Part shown: piece by piece, positions 16,502-24,903 of the stretch
Numbering within the stretch: position 1 is the stretch's first letter
Layout of the letters: the number at the start of each line of letters is the position of its first letter
From: an uncultured Bacteroidales bacterium
GTDB lineage: Bacteria; Bacteroidota; Bacteroidia; Bacteroidales; Muribaculaceae
DNA: 64,000 bases
Assembly: GCA_902777835.1 (NCBI GenBank)
Contig: CACYVC010000001.1
Location: 31,736 to 95,735, forward strand
Direction of reading: 5' to 3'
Translations under genes and position numbers: made by a program
The notes under the pieces: model-generated
Databases searched by the model: none
Seen by the model: only the letters and a program-made list of their open reading frames with translations
Told to the model about the DNA's origin: nothing

Positions 16502-18880
16502 TCATTTTTCTATAATCACGTTAGTGACTACATTGATGTCGTTGATTGTCAATGGAATGGTGAGGGCGGGGATGGTTTTGTCGTAGTTCACTTTTACCTT
16601 CTTACCATTAACCTTTACCATTGAAGGCTTGACTTCTAGCCCAGGGATTATTAAGCGATACTCTTTCTTTGCTGGAGTGCCAGCGCCTGTGCCAATTATG
16701 GTAATGAGGCATGATTTGCCTTGTGGTGTGGCATCGAAATGGATAAGGCGATGCTTGCCCTCGGCCAGTGTGCCTGTTGACTTCAGGTCGTCATCAAAGA
16801 GGGTGTATTCTGATGGCTCATCGCTTGGGTAGTAGACGATATCGAGTTTGCTTGGGTTGTAGTCGCCCACGTTCTCTATCTTGCCATTCTTGTATTGGGC
16901 TTGTGGGATGAAAGCACCAGCGCGGGCAAAGATGGGCAGGACCTCGAGAGGCGCGTTATAGCTTATGGTTGTGTAAGCATTGTAGCGATTGCTGGGGATG
17001 TTGATGTCGACCCAAGTGCCCTCGGGGAAGGTGATGTCGCGGCTGGTAGCGCCTTGCTCCATCACAGGAGCCACCATCACGTCATGGCCCCACAGGTACT
17101 GGTCGCTCACGTTGTCAAAACGCTTGATGTTGTTGTCGCTCTCATAGAATCCAAGTGGACGCACCAGTGGCAGACCCTCGCTGGCGTTTTCGTAGGCTAG
17201 GGTATAGTTATAAGGTAGCCAGCGATAACGCTCCTTGATGATGCGCAGTGGCAGGTCGCCAAACTCGGTGTAGTGATATGGCTCGGCAATACCTTGTGCA
17301 TGTGTGCGCAGCACTGGAGAGAAGAGGCCCAGCTCAAGCCAGCGGATGTAGAGTTCGCCGTCACGTTTCTTGTTCTCGTCTAGGGCGAAGCCTCCTACGT
17401 CGTGCGACATGTAGCCAAGGCCGCTAAGTCCAGTGTTGAGCATAATGGTGACTTGAGGCTTGAAACCGCCCCACGAGCGCGAAACGTCGGTTGACCAGGG
17501 GAACACTGAGTAGCGCTGCAGACCTGCTGTGCCGGCGCGCATCATGATCATGGGTCGGCGATCGGGATAGTCCTCCTTAAAGAGCTCGTAGATGATGCGG
17601 CTCCATTCGTTGCCGTAGAAGTTATGGTATTGCTCGGCGCTGAGGCCGTTGTAGTGGCATATTGTTTCGGGATGTACCTCGGGCTCACCCAGGTCGCCCC
17701 ACCAGCCTGTAACACCTTCCTCTGTGAGAGATTTATAGCGGTTGCGTAGCCACAGGCGAGTGTCGGGGTTCGACACGTCAAACATACCACCTTGTCCCAC
17801 CCAGATGGTCACGGTCTGAGTCTTGCCAGTGTCGCCGTTCTTGCAGAACATGCCCTTGGGGTCTAGCTCGTTATAGTTGTCAATAGCGCGGCCGTTGGTG
17901 AGCACATAAGGCTGCGAGATGGTCACCACGTTCACGCCTTTCTTTTTGAATTTCTGAAGCATGGCGCGGTGGTCGGGCCATTGTGTCTTGTCCCATTCCA
18001 GGCGGCCCATGTCTTGCTCCTTGCCATACCAGTAGAGGTCAAACACGATGCCGTCGAGCGGATAGCCTGCGGTCTTGAGGGTGTCCACAACGCCCTCGCT
18101 CTCGCGCTGGTCGTGGTAGCCATATTTTGAGGTGATGTAGCCCAGTGTCCACAGCGGTGGTAGCTCTTGGCGCCCCACCAGCCAGGTGAAGTTCTTCACC
18201 ACGTTCTCCACTTTGCCGTTACCGTCGATGATGTAGTAGGAGAGTGGTTGCGGTGAGTTGCTCTTGTACTCGAAGCCGTCCTCGCCAATGTAGAGCGACG
18301 ACTTGCAGAAATCGTCGAACAAGATGCCGTAGCCCTTAGACGAGATAATGAACGGCATGGTGATGCCCATCTGCTTGATGCGCTTCTCGCCTGCGACGTA
18401 GCCGTAGTTCTGCTTGTTGAAGTTGATTAGCGTGTCGCCAGCAAGGTTGAGCGAATAGCCGCGCTCGCCAGCGCCGTAAAACGACTCCTTGCCAGTGTGC
18501 AGCAGTCTCAGCGTGCCATGCTCAGTGCGGTCGCATAGGTCGGTGAGGTAGAACGTGCTACCTTTACTGATCGTTAAACTGTTGAGGTCCTCATCATAAA
18601 CCACTTTCATGCCACTTCCAGTGAAGAGCCTCGTGTCTTGGTCGTTTGATTGTTTTTGATTAAACATATCAGAAACTTCTTTTACCACGAGCGATGGAAG
18701 CCGTTCACCTTTCCAAGAGTATGGTACCACATCCACTTTTATGATGCTTGGATTGATGAATGTTACTGTGATGGTCTGATTACGGTTCTTGTCAGAGTGT
18801 TGCATGCCTTGCGGTTGTGCATTGACGGCAAGAGCTACCAAAACAACTGCTAATAAAGTAAATAATCTAAGAGTTTTCAT
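16502..18880 (-). CDS. Glycoside hydrolase family 31 alpha-glucosidase-like enzyme
   Basis: GH31 motifs GWWGDLGEPEVHP and YMSHDVGGF. The ATG at 18880 gives signal peptide MKTLRLFTLLAVVLVALAVNAQ. The longer track ORF (to 18907) would overlap its own -7 box. Confidence 0.88.
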   Translation of the reverse strand: MKTLRLFTLLAVVLVALAVNAQPQGMQHSDKNRNQTITVTFINPSIIKVDVVPYSWKGERLPSLVVKEVSDMFNQKQSNDQDTRLFTGSGMKVVYDEDLNSLTISKGSTFYLTDLCDRTEHGTLRLLHTGKESFYGAGERGYSLNLAGDTLINFNKQNYGYVAGEKRIKQMGITMPFIISSKGYGILFDDFCKSSLYIGEDGFEYKSNSPQPLSYYIIDGNGKVENVVKNFTWLVGRQELPPLWTLGYITSKYGYHDQRESEGVVDTLKTAGYPLDGIVFDLYWYGKEQDMGRLEWDKTQWPDHRAMLQKFKKKGVNVVTISQPYVLTNGRAIDNYNELDPKGMFCKNGDTGKTQTVTIWVGQGGMFDVSNPDTRLWLRNRYKSLTEEGVTGWWGDLGEPEVHPETICHYNGLSAEQYHNFYGNEWSRIIYELFKEDYPDRRPMIMMRAGTAGLQRYSVFPWSTDVSRSWGGFKPQVTIMLNTGLSGLGYMSHDVGGFALDENKKRDGELYIRWLELGLFSPVLRTHAQGIAEPYHYTEFGDLPLRIIKERYRWLPYNYTLAYENASEGLPLVRPLGFYESDNNIKRFDNVSDQYLWGHDVMVAPVMEQGATSRDITFPEGTWVDINIPSNRYNAYTTISYNAPLEVLPIFARAGAFIPQAQYKNGKIENVGDYNPSKLDIVYYPSDEPSEYTLFDDDLKSTGTLAEGKHRLIHFDATPQGKSCLITIIGTGAGTPAKKEYRLIIPGLEVKPSMVKVNGKKVKVNYDKTIPALTIPLTINDINVVTNVIIEK

Positions 18881-18904
18881 AATTTTTATATCATTAATGA
18901 TATG

Positions 18905-18912
18905 CAAAGTTA
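18905..18912 (-). promoter_or_regulatory. -7 box TAACTTTG for GH31
   Basis: The + strand caaagtta is TAACTTTG on the minus strand, 25 nt upstream of the ATG at 18880. Confidence 0.5.
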
Positions 18913-18917
18913 ATGAA

Positions 18918-18952
18918 TAGTTTTTAGTTTTTAGTTGTCAGTTGTTAGTTTT
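18918..18952. repeat. Five phase-locked heptamers (TAGTTTT type) directly upstream of the GH31 promoter
   Basis: From 18918: TAGTTTT TAGTTTT TAGTTGT CAGTTGT TAGTTTT. Confidence 0.75.
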
Positions 18953-18987
18953 TTTGTAGTGGCACCCTTTTTTTGTTTGTGACAGAG

Positions 18988-19050
18988 ACGATTTTAAGCG
19001 AAGCGCCCCATGCGCGAAGTCGCCTGACGGCGAGAAATCATTCAAATCGT
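18988..19050. other. GC-rich nested-hairpin element in the GH31/debranching-enzyme divergent region
   Basis: Outer inverted repeat ACGATTT...AAATCGT encloses GCGC-cccat-GCGC and TCGCC-tgac-GGCGA hairpins. It also carries the direct repeat GCGAAGCGCC / GCGAAGTCGCC. Confidence 0.4.
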
Positions 19051-19253
19051 TCCAAATCTAACAAATAATTAATTTGCCTGAAGCCAATAAATATAAAATG
19101 TTTGATTTGTTATGATTTGTTGGATTTCTGCGCTAAGCGCACTCTTAAAGGGGCTTGTGTTCAATTATGCATGGAGTATTCAATATTTTTTCTAAAAAAT
19201 GCTTTTGTTGAAAAAAAAGTGGGAAATAGTTTGCTCATATTGCCGAAAAGCCG

Positions 19254-19261
19254 TAAATTTG
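19254..19261 (+). promoter_or_regulatory. Candidate -7 box TAAATTTG for the glycogen cluster
   Basis: Exact TAnnTTTG match, 83 nt upstream of the ATG at 19344. Confidence 0.35.
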
Positions 19262-19343
19262 TTACGATTACAAGAAATGTCATTATGTCCGTATAGAAAA
19301 ACGCATAAGAGAAACTTATTAACCATTACATACATATAACTTA

Positions 19344-21299
19344 ATGAGCTATTTAAAATTTGATAAAAACTTGATGATCAATCTTGAGCAGTCTCTTACA
19401 AGGGAGATACTCAGGACCAATCAGTCGGGGGCTTATCATTGCACTACTCTTGTAGGTTGCAACACCCGCAAGCAGCACGGCCTGCTGGTGATTCCCATTC
19501 CCGAAATTGACGACAACAGCCATGTGATGCTGTCATCGCTCGACGAGACGGTGATACAGCATGGCGCACCGTTCAACTTGGGCTTGCACCGCTACAAGGG
19601 CAATGTGTATAGCCCCAATGGTCACAAATACATTCGCGAATATGACTGTGAGCGAGTGCCCTCGCACCTCTTCCGTGTGGGTGGAGTGATCTTAAGACGT
19701 GAGAAAATCTTTATTACCAACGAGAACCGCATCCTCATCCGCTACACGCTGGTTGATGCTCACTCGAAGACCACTCTTCAGTTCAGACCCTTCTTGGCGT
19801 TCCGCAATGCCAACGATCTGTGCGTTGAGAACTCGGTAGCCAGCAGAGAGTATCATGAGGTGCACAACGGAATCGCCACCTGCATGTATGAAGGTTATCC
19901 CACACTTTACATGCAGTTTAATCACAAGCCAAACTTTGTCTTTGATCCACATTGGTACAAAGGCATAGAGTATATCAAGGACATGGAGCGCGGCATACCT
20001 TACACCGAGGACCTGTATGTGCCTGGCTACTTCGAGATAGAAATCAAGAAGGGTGAGCCACTGATTTTCTCGGCAGGTATTGACGAGGTTAACACCCGCA
20101 ACCTGAGCCGCATGCATGAGGAGGAGGTGCAATCGCGAACCCCTCGCACCAGTTTCTATAACTGCCTCAAGAACAGCGCTAAGCAGTTCTATTTGACCAA
20201 TGCCGACGGCAACTACATCCTTGCAGGCTACCCCTGGTTCAAGATTCGTGCCCGCGACGAGTTTATCGCGTTGCCTGGCTGCACCATCTCCAACCACCAC
20301 CGTCCCGATTTCGAGAAAATTATGGACACCGCCAAGGATGCGTTGCTGCGATTCATCGCTGACGGCTCGCTCGACAAGCACCTCAAGGGCATTGACCTGC
20401 CCGACGTGCCGCTGTGGGCAATGTGGTCGCTACAGGAATATGCCAAGGACGCTGGTTTCCAAGTTGCCCGTGAGCGCTATGGTGACCTAGTGAAGGCGAT
20501 GCTCGCTCACATCATCGACGGCAAACATCCAAATCTCAAGCTTGAGGACAACGGCCTGGTGAGCACCGATGGCACCAAGAAGCCAATGTCGTGGATGGAC
20601 TCTACCCACCCCGACGGCTCGCCAATGGTACCCCGCACGGGCTATCTGGTTGAGTTCAACGCGTTGTGGTACAACTCGCTGATGTTTGCTCAAGAGCTGT
20701 TTGGCGAAGTGGAAGGCGAGCAGGAATATGTCGCTTCACTCAAAGAGCTTAGCGACAAGGTGAAACCTGCTTTCGTTGATATGTTCCTCAATGACTATGG
20801 CTATCTCTACGACTATGTGGATGGACCTTACGCCGATCCAAGTGTGCGTCCCAACATGATAATCGCTGCTGGTCTTGACTACTCACCACTTGACCGCCGT
20901 CAGCGCAAGCGCCTGCTCGATGTGGTAACTCGCGAGTTGCTCACGCCAAAGGGCCTGCGCACCCTCAGCCCTAAGAGCTGGGGCTACAAGCCTTGGTATC
21001 TTGGCAATCCAGAGGAACGCGAGGTGGCCTATTATGCCGGCTCGGCACGTCCGTGGCTTATGGGCTTCTATACCGATGCCTATATCAAAGTGTTTGGACT
21101 CAACGGCGCATCATTCATCGAGCGCATGATGATAGGCTTTGAGGATGAGATGTCGCAGGGCGGCATTGGAAGCTTGTCGGAACTTTACGACGGCAACCCG
21201 CCTTTCATTGGCCGTGGCGCGGTGAGCTATGCGCCCAACGTGGGTGGAGTGCTGCGTGTGTTGCGCCTGTTTAAGAGCATTGGAGTTATAAATTCTTAA
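19344..21299 (+). CDS. Glycogen debranching enzyme (GDE N-terminal domain plus amylo-alpha-1,6-glucosidase (alpha/alpha)6 domain)
   Basis: 651 aa. The N-terminus is LTREILRTNQSGAYHCTTLVGCNTRKQHGLLV. The C-terminal half contains GYPWFKIRARDEFIALPG...MSWMDS...EFNALWYNSL...LRTLSP...YHNGSARPW-like (YAGSARPWLMGFY). Confidence 0.85.
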   Translation: MSYLKFDKNLMINLEQSLTREILRTNQSGAYHCTTLVGCNTRKQHGLLVIPIPEIDDNSHVMLSSLDETVIQHGAPFNLGLHRYKGNVYSPNGHKYIREYDCERVPSHLFRVGGVILRREKIFITNENRILIRYTLVDAHSKTTLQFRPFLAFRNANDLCVENSVASREYHEVHNGIATCMYEGYPTLYMQFNHKPNFVFDPHWYKGIEYIKDMERGIPYTEDLYVPGYFEIEIKKGEPLIFSAGIDEVNTRNLSRMHEEEVQSRTPRTSFYNCLKNSAKQFYLTNADGNYILAGYPWFKIRARDEFIALPGCTISNHHRPDFEKIMDTAKDALLRFIADGSLDKHLKGIDLPDVPLWAMWSLQEYAKDAGFQVARERYGDLVKAMLAHIIDGKHPNLKLEDNGLVSTDGTKKPMSWMDSTHPDGSPMVPRTGYLVEFNALWYNSLMFAQELFGEVEGEQEYVASLKELSDKVKPAFVDMFLNDYGYLYDYVDGPYADPSVRPNMIIAAGLDYSPLDRRQRKRLLDVVTRELLTPKGLRTLSPKSWGYKPWYLGNPEEREVAYYAGSARPWLMGFYTDAYIKVFGLNGASFIERMMIGFEDEMSQGGIGSLSELYDGNPPFIGRGAVSYAPNVGGVLRVLRLFKSIGVINS

Positions 21300-21449
21300 A
21301 ATTTTTGAAGGCAAAGAAGGACAAAACCTTTGTAATTTATATTATTAAGGACAAATGCCACCGCTGGCTCTACCACAGGCATTTGTCAGTAATAAAAGAA
21401 ATACGCATAGTTGTCCTTAATAGTCTTCCCTAAAAAACTAAATCAATAT

Positions 21450-22709
21450 ATGAAGGCTTTAATGTTTGGCTGGGAATTTCCTCCCCACATCTTGGGAGGA
21501 TTGGGAACAGCAAGTTTTGGTCTTACGAAGGGAATGGCGCAGTGTGGCGACATGGACATCACGTTTGTTATTCCCAAGCCCTGGGGTGATGAGCCCAAAG
21601 ACTTTGCACGCATCATTGGTGCCAACACCACGCCAGTAGCATGGCGCGATGTGAATTGGGACTATGTGGAAGGCCGCATTGGTAAGGTGCTTAACCCACA
21701 GACCTATTTTGACTTGCGAGACCACATTTACAGCGACTTTAACTACATGAATACCAACGACCTGGGCTGCATTGAGTTCTCAGGACGTTATCCCGATAAC
21801 CTCCTGGAGGAAATCAATAACTACTCGATAGTGGCTGGCGTGATAGCCCGCACAGTAGATTGCGACGTGATTCACTCTCACGACTGGCTAACATATCCTG
21901 CTGGCATACATGCCAAGCAGGTGACAGGCAAACCTCTTGTGATTCATGTGCACGCAACCGACTTCGACCGCAGTCGCGGCAATGTGAACCCCACGGTGTT
22001 TAACATTGAAAAAGATGGTATGAACAATGCCGACCACATCATCACCGTGAGCAACCTCACACGTAAGACGGTGATAGAGAAATATGGTATCAGTCCCGAC
22101 AAGGTGACTACAGTGCACAACGCTGTGGAGCCACTGAGTCAGGAACTGCTCGACCTAGAGGTTCCACTCATGCAAGAAAAGGTGGTGACCTTCTTGGGAC
22201 GCATCACGATGCAGAAAGGTCCTGAATACTTCGTCGATGCCGCATGGCAGGTGCTGCAAAAGGTGCGAAACGTACAGTTTGTGATGGCTGGCAGCGGCGA
22301 CATGATGGAGAAGATGATACGCCTGGCGGCTCGCCGCCATATTGCTGGTCGTTTCCACTTCACAGGCTTCTTGAAGGGCAAACAGGTCTATGAGATGCTC
22401 AAGGCGAGCGACGTGTATATCATGCCATCGGTTAGCGAGCCGTTTGGCATCTCACCGCTCGAGGCGATGCAGATGGGCGTACCGTCGATCATCTCAAAGC
22501 AGAGCGGCTGTGCCGAGATTCTCAACAACGTGATAAAGGTAGATTACTGGGATACCAACGCCATTGCCGATGCCATCTACTCGATTATCAAGTACCCCGC
22601 CATGTACAAGCAGTTGCGCGAGGCAGGACTTGAAGAGGTGAACCAAATCACTTGGGATAAGGCCGGCGCAAAGGTCATCGACATCTACAAGCGTTTAATA
22701 AATAGATAA
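21450..22709 (+). CDS. Glycosyltransferase (GT4/GT5 fold, glycogen-synthase-like)
   Basis: The ATG at 21450 gives MKALMFGWEFPPHILGGLGTASFGL; the track ORF starts at an upstream TTG. The C-terminal GT-B motif is MPSVSEPFGISPLEAMQMGVPSI. It lies between the debranching enzyme and GH57, as in other Bacteroidota glycogen loci. Confidence 0.8.
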   Translation: MKALMFGWEFPPHILGGLGTASFGLTKGMAQCGDMDITFVIPKPWGDEPKDFARIIGANTTPVAWRDVNWDYVEGRIGKVLNPQTYFDLRDHIYSDFNYMNTNDLGCIEFSGRYPDNLLEEINNYSIVAGVIARTVDCDVIHSHDWLTYPAGIHAKQVTGKPLVIHVHATDFDRSRGNVNPTVFNIEKDGMNNADHIITVSNLTRKTVIEKYGISPDKVTTVHNAVEPLSQELLDLEVPLMQEKVVTFLGRITMQKGPEYFVDAAWQVLQKVRNVQFVMAGSGDMMEKMIRLAARRHIAGRFHFTGFLKGKQVYEMLKASDVYIMPSVSEPFGISPLEAMQMGVPSIISKQSGCAEILNNVIKVDYWDTNAIADAIYSIIKYPAMYKQLREAGLEEVNQITWDKAGAKVIDIYKRLINR

Positions 22710-22738
22710 TTATCAACCACAATAATACACCAAGAATC

Positions 22739-24250
22739 ATGAAATCAATCTGTTTCTATTTCCAGATACACCAGCCGTTCCGTCTGAAGACCTATCGCTT
22801 CTTTGACATTGGTAACGACCATTACTACTATGATGACTTCGCCAACGATGACATCATCACACGCATTGCGCAGCGCTCTTATTTGCCTGCCAACCAGATG
22901 CTCCTCGACATGATTAAGGAGAATGGTAAAAAATTCAAAGTGGCGTTCTCAATCAGTGGCACAGCACTTGAGCAGCTCGAGCAGTATGTGCCTGAGTTTA
23001 TCGACTCAATGAAAGACCTTGCCGACACTGGCTGCGTGGAGTTCCTCAGCGAGACCTACGCTCACTCGCTCTCGTCGCTCGTTGATCCTGAGGAGTTCAT
23101 CGCTCAGGTGAAGGCTCACGATGAGAAGATTTATCAACTCTTTGGCCAGAAACCCAAGGTGTTCCGCAACACCGAGTTGATTTATGACGACGACATCGCC
23201 GCTATAGTGGCGTCAATGGGCTTCAAGGGTGCTATCACCGATGGCGCAAAGCACATCTTGGGATGGAAGTCCCCTAATTATCTCTACAAAGCAGCTTCGG
23301 CACCAAAACTGAAACTGCTCCTCAAGAACTCAAAGCTAAGCGACGACATCTCGTTCCGCTTCAGCAACCCCGAGTGGGCTTCTTATCCGTTGACTGCCGA
23401 CAAATACATCAACTGGATTGCCACGCTGCCCGAGGAGGAGATGCTCATCAACCTGTTTATGAACTATGAGACATTCGGCGAGCTGCAACCACGTGAGAGT
23501 GGCATCTTTGAGTTTATGAAGGCGCTGCCACGCTTTGCCGCAGAGCAGGGCATCGAGTTTATGACACCAAGTGAGGTGGTGAGCAAGATGAAGCCTGTGA
23601 GCGAACTCTCGGTAATGCACCCAATCTCGTGGGCCGACGAGGCACGCGACACCAGCGCTTGGATGGGAAATATCTTGCAGGATGAAGCGGTTAACAAACT
23701 CTATTGCCTGAGTGAGAGAATACGTCTCATACAAGACAAGCGTTTGCGTCAAGACTGGAACTACTTGCAGGCTAGTGACCACTTCTACTACATGAGCACC
23801 AAGCACAGCAGCGACGGCTCGGTTCATTCGCACTACAGTCCCTACGATTCTCCATATGCTGCGTTTACTAACTACATGAACGTGCTTAGCGACTTCTTGA
23901 TTCGTGTTAGAGAGCAGTTCCCCGAAGAGATTGAGAACGAAGAGCTTAACGCGTTGCTGCTCACTATCCGCAACCAGGAGAAAGAGATTGAGGAGCTGAA
24001 CCGTGAGGTGGAACTGATGCGCAACAACATCGTTAAGGACACCACTGGCGATTTCGTGCCTAATGTGGAGGAGAAAACGGTAGAGCCAGAGCCTGAACCC
24101 GCTCCAAAGAAGGCTCCAGCCAAGAAACCCGCCGAAAAAAAAGCTCCAGCAAAAAAGACTGCAGCAAAGAAGGCTCCAGCAAAAAAGACCGCTGAGAAGA
24201 AAGACGCTCCAGCTAAGAAACCTGCCGCAAAGAAAACCACAAAGAAGTGA
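22739..24250 (+). CDS. Glycoside hydrolase family 57 alpha-glucan enzyme with a coiled-coil and a Lys/Ala/Pro-rich (histone H1-like) C-terminal tail
   Basis: 503 aa. The N-terminus is MKSICFYFQIHQPFRLKTYRFFDIG...ETYAHSL (GH57 catalytic region). The tail, at 24083-24247, is EPEPEPAPKKAPAKKPAEKKAPAKKTAAKKAPAKKTAEKKDAPAKKPAAKKTTKK. Confidence 0.85.
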   Translation: MKSICFYFQIHQPFRLKTYRFFDIGNDHYYYDDFANDDIITRIAQRSYLPANQMLLDMIKENGKKFKVAFSISGTALEQLEQYVPEFIDSMKDLADTGCVEFLSETYAHSLSSLVDPEEFIAQVKAHDEKIYQLFGQKPKVFRNTELIYDDDIAAIVASMGFKGAITDGAKHILGWKSPNYLYKAASAPKLKLLLKNSKLSDDISFRFSNPEWASYPLTADKYINWIATLPEEEMLINLFMNYETFGELQPRESGIFEFMKALPRFAAEQGIEFMTPSEVVSKMKPVSELSVMHPISWADEARDTSAWMGNILQDEAVNKLYCLSERIRLIQDKRLRQDWNYLQASDHFYYMSTKHSSDGSVHSHYSPYDSPYAAFTNYMNVLSDFLIRVREQFPEEIENEELNALLLTIRNQEKEIEELNREVELMRNNIVKDTTGDFVPNVEEKTVEPEPEPAPKKAPAKKPAEKKAPAKKTAAKKAPAKKTAEKKDAPAKKPAAKKTTKK

Positions 24251-24831
24251 TGGGCAAGAAGAAACTGCTTTATATTCACGGTTTTAGAAGTTCGGCTCAG
24301 AGTAGCACAATCCTCAACATCAAGGCTAATTACCATGATGTTGAGGTGCATGCCTTTGATGTGACTCATCATCCTGTGGAGTCGATAAAGAAGATTGAGG
24401 ACTATATAGCTGAGTGTGACATCGACATCTTGGCGGGTACCTCGCTAGGAGGATTTTACACGCTATGCGCTAAGGTTGACATCCCCAAAATTGCTGTTAA
24501 CCCCGCAATCGCACCAGAGGATAGTTTGAGCGTCTTGCCCGAGATAGGGCAGGAGGTGGAATATTACAATCCGCGTGAGGATGGAGTAAGGTTTTTCAAG
24601 TGCACGCTTGCCGACCTTGACGAGTTTCGAGGTATTAAGAAGTATATAACACCTGTCACCCACATCATTGGAAGCGACAACGATGAACTTCTCGGCGATC
24701 TGCGTGAGCAATATCGAGCACTGGTTGGCGACAACTTCCACGAGTCGTCACAATTAGGTCACCGCATCACTCCTGAGTTCACTGCAATTCCCACTGGCGA
24801 TTTCTACAAAGTGCTGGCTAAGTTCCTATAG
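24250..24831 (+). CDS. YqiA/UPF0227-like alpha/beta-hydrolase esterase
   Basis: MGKKKLLYIHGFRSSAQS...LAGTSLGGFY (nucleophile elbow GxSxG). The ATG at 24250 overlaps the GH57 TGA by 1 nt (TGATG). Confidence 0.7.
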   Translation: MGKKKLLYIHGFRSSAQSSTILNIKANYHDVEVHAFDVTHHPVESIKKIEDYIAECDIDILAGTSLGGFYTLCAKVDIPKIAVNPAIAPEDSLSVLPEIGQEVEYYNPREDGVRFFKCTLADLDEFRGIKKYITPVTHIIGSDNDELLGDLREQYRALVGDNFHESSQLGHRITPEFTAIPTGDFYKVLAKFL

Positions 24832-24856
24832 AAACTATAGATTGATAAAGATAAGA

Positions 24857-24882
24857 GGCTGTTAGATAATGTTCTAGCAGCC
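24857..24882. terminator. Hairpin between the convergent esterase and aminotransferase genes
   Basis: GGCTGTTAGA-taatgt-TCTAGCAGCC (10 bp including one G-T pair). Confidence 0.55.
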
Positions 24883-24903
24883 ACTTATTGTGTTTCGTGT
24901 ATG

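Noticed and set aside
18881-18907. The 5'-extended versions of several track ORFs (18907, 26106, 33755, 48118, 21411, 52536, 34389, 11119, 51390).
   Set aside because: The extensions start at TTG/GTG codons or run over the gene's own TAnnTTTG box or the upstream gene. Internal ATGs give canonical N-termini or signal peptides.
18958-18978. TGGCAC followed by CCTTTTTTTTG, checked as a second sigma-54-like site.
   Set aside because: The -12 position reads TTTT rather than TTGC, and the nearest + strand gene is ~370 nt away. It does not meet the consensus.
19102-19296. A 64-aa ORF in the GH31/GDE intergenic region.
   Set aside because: It has a non-ATG start, sits in AT-rich promoter DNA, has no -7 box at a suitable distance and no recognisable features.
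23872-24372. A 166-aa minus-strand ORF rich in F/A/G repeats (FFAAGFLAGASFF...).
   Set aside because: It is the mirror image of the KKAPAKK tail of GH57 plus the YqiA start region, so it is a repeat-driven artifact.
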